Of a DNA stretch of 64,000 bases, positions 11,951 to 24,100 are shown piece by piece (the first letter of the stretch is position 1; each line of letters starts with the position of its first letter). Under the pieces are notes generated by a model. The model did no database searches and had not been told where the DNA came from. It saw nothing but the letters and a program-made list of their open reading frames with translations. The translations under genes and the position numbers were made by a program. Where the stretch lies: the NCBI GenBank assembly GCA_036172245.1, contig JAYWIR010000043.1, positions 1,736,001 through 1,800,000 on the forward strand, in the 5' to 3' direction. The DNA is from Raillietiella orientalis (taxonomy: Eukaryota).

Positions 11951-14169
11951 GTCCGAAACATGGAACTGTTGCCAGGATTAACCTCATGGTTATCTTAGAA
12001 AATGGAAAAGATCAGTTATGATACATAATTTGGTACCGATGGCGCGTTAATCAAAAAAAAGGAAATGGAAAGGGAAATACAAAATATGCTTGTCTGTTCT
12101 CTCCACTGACTGTTAGTCAATGTGGCTTTGTGGATTTCTTGATGAATGATATCCGAGTACATATAGAATAACATGGAGATTTTTGAAGATTCATTGAGCA
12201 GTCTGAGTTTAACATTTTGAGCGTACACGCAAGAACTCAACGTAAAAATATTTTTCTAACACATTTATGAAATCATAAATGCTTACATTACGGAATCATT
12301 GACAGCACTTGTCCATATCTCTAAGAAGGATACGATGCTCATATTGGTCGCTCACTGTGGAGGAATGTATCTTTTATATTAACTTATGTGAATGCATCCC
12401 TAATAACAGCTTCTTGCGATTTCATCTATGGTGAACCACAAAAAGCCTCCTGTATTGCTCTAAATTCCAAAGCTATTACGATTTGTTGGAATATGAGAAA
12501 TGTACTGGATGCTCCGATTTTTCCGGAATCCATGGCGTGATTCGCATTAGACCATAAGTTGAGCGTATGCATGAATTGATTGGATTTTTTTTTACTAAAT
12601 GAGTATTATGGACTGTTTAATCAAATCTGCTAGCAGTGCATTTTACAATCAGTAGTTTCCTCAAGACTGAAATTCTGTTTCGAGAGATATACCTGAAGTT
12701 TGACATCCATCTGATACATCGCTGATGGTCCTATATTTTATTTAATTACATGTACCAAGAGAGATTTCATGCAAATGTTGGCGCAGACAGCCAGAAAAGA
12801 TAGCGCTACCTTCAGTTAGTTAGTCCAACGTTCACCGAGCAACTTTTATCATTACCTCGGTTATTAGAGGAAAATTTGGAGCCTGAAGACTGATCTGAAA
12901 TTGAAATATTGAAAACTGAATCTTATTTTCCAGTCAGGGAGCAGGGTGATCACTTACGAGGACTTCAAACTCATGCAGTAACCAAATCAGTTTTCACAAA
13001 GCAAGCTTAGATCTAAAATGTCACGATGAATGCAGTGCGCCAGCAAGTCCAAAGTTCAGTTCTGCAGCGGTTCAGAAGCTAAGATGACTTCCTATTGACT
13101 TATGAATTCCATTTACAAGCTTAAGGGTGCTGAGCCCCAGAATAGAAAATTTTCCAAACCGAAAAGGCTCACTCTTCAAATGCAGACAGATATCTTTAAT
13201 CTTTCCAGCAGAGTTTAAGAAGCAATGTGATGCGAAGATTAAAACTACAGATACTGAGAACACTAGAGACTTCTTCACTAGCCAGCACTGACTTCTCTCC
13301 AAAATGCGTTCTAATGAAATACCACTGAGAAGTTGCTGACTGTACTTTCTACCGAATTTCTATTTACATAAACGGCTGTGCAATATTACAGGGAATCTGA
13401 CATTTGTTTCTGTTTATCATGCATTTATGAATTTCATCCCAGTTACTGAGTCATCCGACAGAATTCACTACCTCTGAGGTCTGTGGATCAAAAAGGGTAA
13501 ATTCAAGATCCTGTTGAAAAAATGCTCCTTTTTGTTAAAAAACGAAACACTGATGGATTTCTTCAGGAATGGTAAAGAAGGTTTGGGAGACTACGAGTTC
13601 TTCGATTTGTCCAGTTCTGGCTTTTGCAAATTTCCTGGACAAACGAATTTTTGAAGCCATCACCCAGACGTAAAGTAGAAAATTCAGGAAAAGAATCTCC
13701 GCAAATCAAACTCACCACAAATTGTATGCAAATATATGTGAGCAATTGTATGCATTAAGAATGTGTCGTATCTCATTTAGGACACATGTTACATTTCACT
13801 GGGAGTATGCTTTTTAGTAATCATGTGTTATTGCTTCGATCATGTTTAGAATGGAAATTCTTATTGGGAACATTTGCTATTCAATGAATTTGTAATTAAG
13901 GTCTACATCAATGATGAAGTAGTGCTGTCAGCATAGAAGCTGGATCAGCAATTAAAGCGCAACGAGTACTCATTCTTTTATTTTCAGTGGCATTCTTCCT
14001 TCTAAAATTTGTGAAAATATACCCACAGAAAAGTACTCTTGAACGATCGTCATCCTAATATTGTAGATTTCCACTACCAAGTCTGTGTTACCCGAACGAA
14101 AAAAAAGAAAGCAAAGAAACCGTTTTTATTGTTTTCTGATGATTGATTTTGGGGGCCTGTGGTAGCTTT

Positions 14170-15650
14170 GGTTCCTACCAAAGTGGGGTTATGTAGAAGT
14201 GGAGTTCCGGTACGAATTAAACATTGGGTTCTGGTGTCCGCTGAAAAATGAATGAGATCCCATGAATTGCACTAGATCAATTAGGTATGGAAGTTCCCAA
14301 AGAGAGGATAGCAACTCATGTCACAAAGCAATCAGCTCTGAGAATGGGTTCCGCTCAAAATCCATCCCAAATTCAGAGGCATGACGTTTTCAGATCTCTG
14401 CATGCATCTCTCAAGAGTCCTCGGGAGATAAAAGGTCTGTCAATTCTGGAAAACAGCAAGGAGAACAAGATAAACGCCGAGTGGTTTGAGGTTGAGCTTG
14501 CTAGAAGTCACTGTTAACACAGATTTCGGTGTTAGTGGGAAACACTCCAGAGAGATTCTAAAGGACCAATATGGAACATTCTTTGAACATGGTTCAAGCG
14601 ACCATAAGACCCAGAGAATTTTTCTGCAGATTATCGTTTACAAACTGCTCGATTTGAGTTGAATGCATTCATGCCCAGGGCCTTCAGTGCACACGGAAGA
14701 TTGCTTCCATGCTGCCTGATGCACCATCAGCGAGATAGGCTCGCAAACACGGAGGCAATTTGTTTTTGTCAAAGACTTCTGGTTCATCACCATCCGTCAG
14801 CAGAGTTCTTTGATTCCATCGGTGGCGTTCTCAATGTTGAGGGACACGTAGAAGTAGTTGCTTGTTCCCTCTGACATCAAAAGAGTGCCAGTCTCATAAA
14901 ACTGCTCTTTGCGACTTCCTTGTCAAGGAACAAAGCGTCGCAGAGCAGTGATCTTCGAGCATTCGGGTGCACCTCATGCACATAAGCAGGCGTACCCAGG
15001 CTATACACAATCAGCAGCAGACTTGCACATTGCCGAATAGCTAGATCCTGCGCTCCGCCCTCACCTCTCACTTCACAAATGCTCTGGATTCTGCCGAGAG
15101 CGCGCAGGCATGCGGAACTTTCTAGAAAAAGGTCTTCAGGGGATGTCATGCCACCTAGGCAGGCTTGCATCTTCATCTACAGAGGCAAAGGCTCCGACAT
15201 CCTTTATCTCCACGGTATCTCGATGAGGCTCCTCGGCTTGAATATGCAGATGGACTCCTCCATCTGAATATTCAAGTTCTGTTCCCAATTTCTTGTGATC
15301 AGCAAAATAGGAAACAAGGTTGCTAAGAGATAACAGGAAGCTCATTGGTATTTTAAGCCAAGTACGTCTTTGTGAACTTAATGCTGCTACGCATGTCTCC
15401 ACATACGTATGTTGCCAAGGATTCACCATTATTGATTTTTTGCTCGAAAATGAGTTCGAAAAGTTTCCGCCGTTTCTTCTGTCGGCTATGCCCCTGTTTG
15501 AACATCCAGGTCGAATCTGGGAATGCTGTTAACCCAGCTCTAAGTACCCGACCCTATTCTGACGTACGTGCTGCCATCCTGGAAGGCACGTACGTGTCCC
15601 CTCCTAAGGAAAAAGAAGACCCTTTAGAAGGTATCCACTACCTCTTCATT
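14170..15650 (+). mobile_element. Highly decayed LINE ORF2 C-terminal relic
   Basis: Only PREIKGLSIL (PxxxGGL-like, ~14418) and a possible KYLGVPL-derived segment (~14215-14243) are visible. Confidence 0.3.
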
Positions 15651-16399
15651 TAGGTATTTATGTTTTCTGTGTTTATCCTGTGAAACTTGGAGAGCACTTG
15701 ATCTTCCGTGCTTCAGTCTAGAGTTCGCGAGAGTCAAACCATCACCTCCCGTGTTGAGTAACGGAACTGTCCGTGGTTGCAGCTCTGCCAGGAGAGCTAG
15801 CCCTCTAAGGGGGCCAGCTCTTTTGGGATGAAGGATGCTTCATTAAAAAATAAATAAATAAATATTTGTTTTTTTTTTTCAAAGATTACTTATTTAGGTT
15901 TGTAAAGGCGGAGTTTTCGTTCCTTCTGAGGACGACACCTCAGCAAGGAATGAATCCTCATAAATAAACCAGTTCTCTGAATTTGTTGACAGCATTCACA
16001 GCCCTATCGAGCCAGCTGTTCTCGTTGTCACAGCAAGATTGCTGGAAACAGTAAAGCAATGGTCATGGTTTCTGTGGATGTATTTCGAGAACTGAATGCA
16101 CTGATTAAAAAAAAATCGTATGACCATTGCTCTTCTGATTTTCAGAGACGTATTTTTTTTTAGGGCACCTTTCTACCTACAGAACTCGCATTTCGGAGAG
16201 CTTCCGATTGCAACGCACAAATTGGACCTTGCATACATCGAAGTTCGGATCATTTAGCACTTCAGCAGCGACCAAAAAGAGAAGGCTGATACTGATTAAA
16301 CGTTCGTTTACCGCCAGAGAATATAGATTACACTCTGATCTTTTTTGCTAGCACGTTTCACGAACAGTTTTGCAATACAGAGGAACATACTAATCGCCA

Positions 16400-16900
16400 T
16401 TTTGGACAAAAGATGCAGCAGCCCAAATCCATGCTTGCCAATCAAATTCACAGCATATCCATGTCAGCGAATATTGATTCACTTGCCTCGTTACCATGGA
16501 AAAGCAATCGCATGAAACTGCTGTATCCTCCTCACCCCTAAATATAAGGATGAGGAAAATTCTTGGTTCAGGCAACCAGGAAATCGCTGCTAGGGTTTTT
16601 CTCTCTGAAATGATTTCTTTGCCTATACGTTTCCTTCACTGCAGTCTGTCGATGATTTGGCGTATGCACAGTTACAAGCGATAAAGCGAAGGCTTCATCG
16701 CTTCCGTAATTCCAGAGCAAGAAGTGAGAACCATTCCAAGAAAATTTATGGCTTTGTGGAACATCCCGAGTGCTATGATGGGAAAAAAAAAAATTCGAAT
16801 CTGCAAGACCTTCTGGAATGCCTGTACGATAGGAAGGCTAATACAGAAGAAAAACGAAAGATTTAAATGAGGGGTAACTATAGCATTACGAAATGGAAAC
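16400..16900 (+). mobile_element. AT-rich LINE 3' relic (zf-RVT-like)
   Basis: PLNIRMRKILG...SEMISLPIRFLHCSLSMIW resembles the LP..R...C..C.E.E...H.F..C....W C-terminal motif. Confidence 0.4.
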
Positions 16901-18834
16901 ACATAAACAGAGATCAAGAATTTGGGGGCTGTTTGAGAAAAGAAAATTCTCAAGAAAATCACAGTCCCTAATTGTAAGAGCAATTCAAAGTGTTACAACT
17001 GCGGTGCACGCAATTGTGTCAATTTCAATTTCGCTATGCTACGGTTTTGGAACACCAGGTTTTCCGATCTTACGTAGGGCGCAAGCAACCAGTCTGCAGA
17101 CTAATATCAAACAGTCTGCCAAAATCAAAGAAATGATCTCTAACCAAACCTTCCGTTCGTTTGTCAAAAAAGGGGATTAATTTCTTTATATGACCTATGT
17201 GCTTCATTGCTTGGGATCTCGTTTTTTATTATTATCCTTACCATTATGTAGATTGCATGGACACTTATTGGTATCTGGTTTTCACTAAGTGCTTGGTTTT
17301 CATATATTCTTTAATAAATCAAATGTTTATATCCTGTGTTCATTTCATCTACATCCTAATTTATATATGATTCATCAATATATAATTCACTTGTAAATAA
17401 CACAGCAATTGCAAAACCACGATTCCTGATTTTACTTACAATACTTTGGCCAGCACAATAAATTTTTCTCGTAAAATTTTTGTGACTTTCCTGCTACTTC
17501 AGTTTGTCCCTTTGACCCTGACTAAAACACGATGATCATCACTACTAGCCTAATCGATCAATCTGATCATCTGATCTCTAAGGGATGATGACAGACTTCT
17601 CAATAAACTTTAAGGACAATCACATAAAATCGTGGTTGAGATCTCTGATGTAATTGAAAATTGCACACTACCAGTATCACCTATGAAGATCCAGATGAAT
17701 TTGAGTAATAATAAATTAGTGAATGAACCCATGCATTATAGACTCCTTATCATTGTTTTCCGATTTGATTCTGCTAAATTTAAAATAATGTTGAAGTTGG
17801 TTGGTCTAATTTTTATTTAGCTACAAATCTCATCTGTTCGTCCCTGTTCCCTTTTCTCACGTTACATCTCCAGATAGAAAAACTAAAACCAGTCTATCAT
17901 CGTTTCTAAGCTCCAGATTTCTTTTCTTTATGACCAGTACAATGGGAATCGAAGAATTTCTTACCAAATTTGGCTTCTTACTAAATTATCCTGGGATTGA
18001 GTTTTTTGGTAGAAGCTCGATTACAGGCGGTAAGGATTTGCTACTGTCCAGTTATTGCTTCAAGTCTATGACTGGGGCAAGGAATACAACAAAAAAACAA
18101 ATAATTTATTTCCAAATGTGAATAAGGGTACAGCTATGCAAATTCGGAGACGATATGTAGGCTTTTTTTTTTTTTTTTTTTTCTTTTTTTTTAAGAGTAG
18201 CGGAAATATGAAATTCTCTTGAAAGGATGACCTGCTTCGTCCCTGCTGGAATCGTTTGAGTTCTGATTATCTGCGAAATCACGAATGCATAGCAGCGTTT
18301 GGTATATTTATTTTTATCGTCATTGTACATTCGTTCCTCCGTGGGTTATGTAATTCAACTTGTACAAATGACTGCGTGCGCAACTCGGGGATAGGTCGCG
18401 TATAGGGTCTCACCGAGGGAATGCAGGTTAGCTGTTTGGAAACATTGGTCGGTTTGATGGCGTTGCCGGTTGTAGGTCTCACACCACCTATAAGGATTCA
18501 GACACACAAAGTTCAGGTAAACTTGGACCTTCCTATAAGAGTTTCTAATTTTGTAAATTAGGTATATCGCTATTACCAAACCTTGTCGGTTTTATGGTGT
18601 ATGATGTTTTGCACATATTCATGTTTGGCATTGTTCTCTATTCCATTCTTGAAGTAACCACAAAGGGATCCAATATTTTATGCTATATACCATGTTTTTT
18701 GTGTGCGTGCGCGTGTGTATACATTCATTTATATTCCTTTTTAGGATAAAAAAAAAAAGTAACGCATGAGAACATTTCAATTTCAGATTAATGATTGAGC
18801 AGATTTTCTCCACTTCGTGCTATAGAAGCCTCTC

Positions 18835-20834
18835 ATGATGATGTCATATAAGCAGAAATCCGGGCGCTGTGGTCGCTCAAAACTAAGTGAGATGTCCAAA
18901 CAGCAGCAGATTATTGAAGAGAAAAAACGGGAAATAGAAAGTAAAATGGCAGAAAAGAAAAGAAAGGAAGCAGAAGTGTTCAAGGAGTTATTTGAGGAAA
19001 AATGCAAAAAAGAAAATCAACAAAATGGGTCAATTGTTACTGGAAAGTAGGTGGACTTCATAACTTGGTTTGTGCTACCATGTGTAAGAAATTATGCTAG
19101 CTGCATTTCAGAATGCAACAGCACTTCTAATATATTTAAAAATGATGGCAGCTTCATGGAGCAATTTAAAAAGATGTCTGCAATGAAAGGTAAAGAATAA
19201 TTTAAGATCAACATATAGGGTGCAATAAAATTAAGGGTGAATGATGGTATTTTGGCAACTAAAATATTATGGGTGTTTGAGTTGCATATTGTTTTTCCAT
19301 CAGCTTCTATCTCCTCACTTATAGAAGTTTGCTAGTATCTCCAGCAGCAGCTGTGGATGAAATTTCCACATGCATTAGTAATGACAACTTGCAACCTAGA
19401 AGTGTAGATTTGGAGCTCAATCCACATGAACCATTGGTTGACTGGAAGGCTGCTTCCCAAATAGCAAAATTAATTGCCAAAGGAGGACCTGAAATGGAGC
19501 ATTTGGCCAAGCAGGATCATAAAAATAATGCTGGGTTGTGGTAAGAAATGGATGCAAGTGTATCCAAGATCAAAGTACAAGAGTTACTTCAGGTTCCTTT
19601 TTGATGTTGAAAGCAATGCATATCTAGCTTTTCGACAAAAAGTGGAAGAAGAAAAGAAAAAACGCATCTGTCAATCAGAAACCCTAGTTTTGAAACCATC
19701 CTCTCAGGATGAAAACTGCCATAAAAGTAAAGCAGATTTAGCAGAAGCAAAAGAAGTCAAAAAAAAAAGGACCAGTCGTTGGGGGCCAGAGTCATCAGGG
19801 GTGGATGGAATCCTTTCCACTTCTAGTTCTTTAATGGTGCCCACAATTCCTGTTGTACCAGGTAGTGTGAAGCTGGGGTATGCATAACATTTTCTTTACG
19901 TTTGTACTAAAGCTACCATCATACCTACTCATGCATCTCCAGAGGTGGTCAGCTATGCCATGCGAGTTTTTGGCAGCAGTAACTTAAATGAAGAACAGTG
20001 GAAGCAGTGCCAGGAACAGCTGAAGGTGTTTGGGGACTATCAGCCTGCTAATTGAGGTCCCTTCAGATGAATCAAGTGTACCAGGAACTTGTCAGGAAGC
20101 AGCAGGAACAGCAATGCCGGATGCAGCAGAACAAATTTAAATATGAATATGACAGTGATGAGGAGTGTGAAGATGGAACATGGGAGCACAAGATGCGTTC
20201 TAAAGAGATGGAAACAACAAGAAGTGAGTAGTCAAGAGATTAATAAATCCCAAATCATAATTACAGAATGGGCGGAGGAATTAACTGAGAAAGCAGAAGG
20301 CAAGCACCACATTGGTGATTTTCTACCTCCAGAAGAATTTAGTAAATTCATGAAAACAGTGAGTAGCATGGGTAAAAAAAAATAAATATGTAATATGGTA
20401 ATTTATTCCAGTATGAAGCATTAAAGGATGGCAAACAACCCCAGTTGGCTGACTATCAGGACTTTAAGCTAACTTGTGAGAACATTGGTTATCGGATGCT
20501 GCAGAAAATGGGTTGGAATGAAGGTGAAGGTCTTGGAGCAGACAAATCAGGAATAGTACAACCCATTCCCAAGTAGGTAGTTTGCATATGGGGTTTGTCA
20601 ATATTGAATACTAAGGAGCCAGAAAACTTCGGATCACCAAGGTTTAGGTGCTAGTGCTGTAGGTTCACTTCAGAAAGATGATGATGAATATGATGCCTAC
20701 CGCAAGCGGATGATGCTTGCTTATCGGTTTAGACCTAACCCACTGGTGAGCACTTAAGTGTAGCACTCATTTCAGCTTTCAAATTTGGTTTTTTTTGCTG
20801 TTTCCAGAACAATCCACGGAGGCCATATTATTGA
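18835..20834 (+). CDS. SUGP1: SURP and G-patch domain-containing protein 1 (splicing factor 4). Exons 18835-19046, 19101-19189, 19336-19540, 19593-19861, 19913-20025, 20067-20223, 20267-20358, 20412-20572, 20616-20745, 20808-20834; 484 aa
   Basis: All introns are GT-AG with consistent phases (1455 nt). Motifs: [27 protein letters not shown] ([13 protein letters not shown]...WFLFD..S.AY..FRQKV), [39 protein letters not shown]-patch [19 protein letters not shown], and C-terminal [24 protein letters not shown]. Confidence 0.95.
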
Positions 20835-21004
20835 GCCACAATGATTAATAAGTGCTCTTTAGGTGCTTATGAACAGACTGGCTATGTAGATATCAACTGC
20901 ACTATGAAGTTGAAACAGCTCTCATACCCCATAATGTTGAATGAGGTTATTCAGTTGGTACTGGTCTTTCCTGCATGCGCTCCAAGATACAGTGCATTCA
21001 ATGA

Positions 21005-21013
21005 TTTAATAAA
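21005..21013. terminator. Overlapping polyadenylation signals TTTAATAAA (AATAAA on + for SUGP1, ATTAAA on - for fucosidase)
   Basis: AATAAA at 21008-21013 (+) and TTTAAT at 21005-21010 (ATTAAA on -), lying in the 299-nt gap between the two convergent stop codons. Confidence 0.55.
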
Positions 21014-21133
21014 TCGGAAATGTTTATATTGAAATTAGCTTTCCTTGTATTTGAAGACTAAATCCAATTCAAGGATATCTTTTTTATGATTTAAAATTTT
21101 ATACCAAAAGAGCAACTTAATACCATGTGAAGA

Positions 21134-24100
21134 TCAGACGTTTGCTGCTCGCTCTATTTTGAGTGCCCATGCCTCTTGATTCAGCACTGTTTGTATAGCT
21201 GGCATCCGTACCATCAACTTATCTTGTAAAACAATCACCTGAAATAGAATGATGATAAGAAAGTTTAAATATTCTATATCAAAACAAAATCGTACCTCCA
21301 AATCAGTGTTTTCATTTCCAAGTAGTTTTACATTCGTTATTTTTGTGGTTTTTATACAATGTAGAGTGACTTCGCCAGTAGATGGCCATTTTAGCAAAAT
21401 AGCATATACGTTTATGGTGGTTCCATTTGATTTCTGTGTGTACCTTGTAAAGGCGAGATTTAACAGTTCCAAGACAATTAACTGTTGTTTGGTCGTAATT
21501 TCCTACCAGACATCAGGAGTGAAACTATCATTTTGACACAGCCATGGCTTTGTTTCATAAATGGCTTCACCATTTATCTTGAGCCAATTGCCCAAAAATA
21601 GAAGGCGCTCTTCGTAAATGGGCATGATCAGGCCTTCTTTTGTCGGGCCAACATTTAGTAGCAGATTGCCTGAAATGCAAAAGCATGTAGTTGCATTGGT
21701 GATGATAATTAAAGCATACCTCCACAGCTGACAGTGGTAACTAACTGGGTGAGCAATTCGTGCGTTGTCAGTATATCTTCAAGCAATGCCAGCTTGCGGT
21801 AACCCCAAGAGTGACGATCTATTGTCATGCAGTTTTCCCATTTATGGGGTTGCAAAACACCTATTTAAGGACACATATTTTCGATCTGTGAGATCCAGTG
21901 TATAATTTGCTAATGCAAGAACATGCAAAGTGGTTGCGCAAAGGAAGGGTACCCATTCCATTTGCTAATTTCTTGTACCAACCACTGATGAATTAGAGGT
22001 AAAATAGACAAGTGGCGTAACATCCACGTAAGTTATTCATCGGCCCTTTTTATTCCATTTTTTTTCTATTTTACCCAAACTAAATAAGACTGCAATAGGA
22101 ATACGGGGTCTCTAAGCTTGATGATATTAGGGCACAAATACTACACCTAAAGAGTACCGAAACTTACAGAATCATTAAGGTCACTACGTTCCCTGGGGTT
22201 AGGTTACCTCTAATCAGCATTCTATAATTCCAAGACTTTATTAGAACTGTATACCGACGATTTGTAGCGTACGAGTTTTTGCGAATACGATCGAGCTTGG
22301 TTAGATTGCCGGATTAATTTTGACAGCATGTATCAGAGCGGATTTGCGAAAGCTTGTGAAGCCAAAAGCTTGGAAGATTCGTCTTCATTACAGATCTATT
22401 AACATCAAACCAACTGTATTACAGTCAAGAGAACTCCCTGTCCTATCTGTGGATTGGAGGATTTCACATTCTGTATTGTCTCATGAAGTTTGATCGTCTT
22501 TTCTGAGGAACTCTTGTCTCATTCATTAAACCCCAAGGTCCAGCTTCTAGCCAAACCTTTTCACGTAGCTCCTGCTTGTTTTTCCGATCTGGTAACTCTC
22601 ATACTGTTCTGTAATGCTCTCATACTGGTTATTTAAATAATGCAACTTGATGAATCACGCACAGTTCCATCCTCAAGTCTTCTCTAATCCGAAGCTACCA
22701 AGAAAACAAAAATTTGAAGGCTGTTCCTCGTGGGTTCCGTGAATGTTATGCCAGTCGGCTTTTTTCTTCTTTTTGATCGGAACGTTCAACCACTTAGAAG
22801 CAGGCTGGAAAAGCAAAGCGATGTGGCTCTGAGACTCGTAGTCCACTTGCAATTTCCGAATCCAAGCTGCTGAAGAAAGGCATCCATTATGAAAAGAATT
22901 TTCAATGTGAACACAGAGATCCCAATTTTTATCTTCCATGTCTCAAAGACAACGATGATTTCTTCAAATGCTATGTATTCTCTTCGGAGATTATTACTAA
23001 TGCGATTATGCCAGGACGTCACATGTTCATGTTTCACCGTCGAATAGATGTCTGTTTTCCTCCTCTGAATTGCTTTAATGCCTTCAGTTCCATCATCTTC
23101 GTTTTTTTCTTGATTATGAGTTAAGCTGGGCGCATCCTTCGATGTGTTTTCGTTCTCTTTTTCATTCCTTCGGGAATCCTTCTCTATTATCTAGAATTCC
23201 ATCAACTCTGGGCCTAATGTTTGTGCTCTAAAAATCTGCCTTCCTTGCAGATTTTGATGGAAGGTTCAAACTGTCCATCTAGAAGCACATCGTTCTCGGA
23301 CTGTAGAGTCTCTCATGCTGAGCCATAGCTTTATAGAGAGACCAGAATACCCTTCGGAAGAAACTTGGGCTAGTTTGGTTTAGCTCTTTTCTGTTTACTT
23401 TTCTGGCGGAGAGTGATCCTGGCGTCTCATGCCACGGGGTGTATCGTGGGAATGAGGGATTTCTGTACATGCCGCTTGTAGACGCGCGCGCATATCGAGA
23501 GAGAAGTTGCTGTAAGACCTTCGCACGGCGAAGGAGTGCTGAGGAGAGGGGAATTCGTCTCTTCCAGAGGCTTCAGGACTTTGAATGTGCCCCGCATAGG
23601 CGAGTACCACGGCAGAGAGAGCTTTCTTCGGTGCTGCTTCACCGAAAAGCATGTCGTTTCCATGGCCACTGCCACAACCGCAACAGATCTGAAGATCCAC
23701 TCATATAGACCGCTCATCTTGAACAAGGACAAAAACAAAATACCAAGGGGGAAAGGTCAGTTCCTGACTCGAAAGTGCACAAAGGACATGGCTGGAGAGA
23801 GCAACTGCAAGAGAGCCTGCTCGCGCTTTATTAAGTCGAAACGGAAATGCCTTGCTGGAGGCACCACAGTGAAGCGTAACGGCTTATCTTGAGGCAGCTG
23901 GAGAGAACCTAGGATCCAGAAGCATCCTTTCGATGGGCGAAGGCTTGAATGGCTTTCATTCATTACCGATGAATGAAAGCCGGAACGGTTACGCTTTCAG
24001 TATGTATGCGAACCGGATATACGATGTTCGAAAATGCGCTTGTAGAAGGGGGCAAAAGGGGAGGGGAAGGAGCAAACAAGGAGAACAAAGATGCATGAGA

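Larger units (their letters stand above)
8600..13100 (+). mobile_element. Ancient AT-rich non-LTR retrotransposon ORF2 relic, interrupted by the hAT insertion
   Basis: Degenerate motifs in the canonical order: GRID (~8700), IDHRSLF (~8886), KAFPGS*D (~9550; SPGPDG-like), DLL..|..RNMELL across the hAT (RPISLL-like), CGFVDF...RVH (~12121), YIADG (~12715; YADD-like), WSLKTDLKLKY (~12877). All are weak individually. Confidence 0.5.

Noticed and set aside
9500..12550. Frequent in-frame stops suggesting an alternative genetic code
   Set aside because: The three intact genes read through in the standard code with normal TGA stops; the stops here reflect TE decay.
22200..23900. Possible gag-like or other TE relic in the largest fucosidase intron
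   Set aside because: No diagnostic motif or LTR pair was identifiable; left unannotated.
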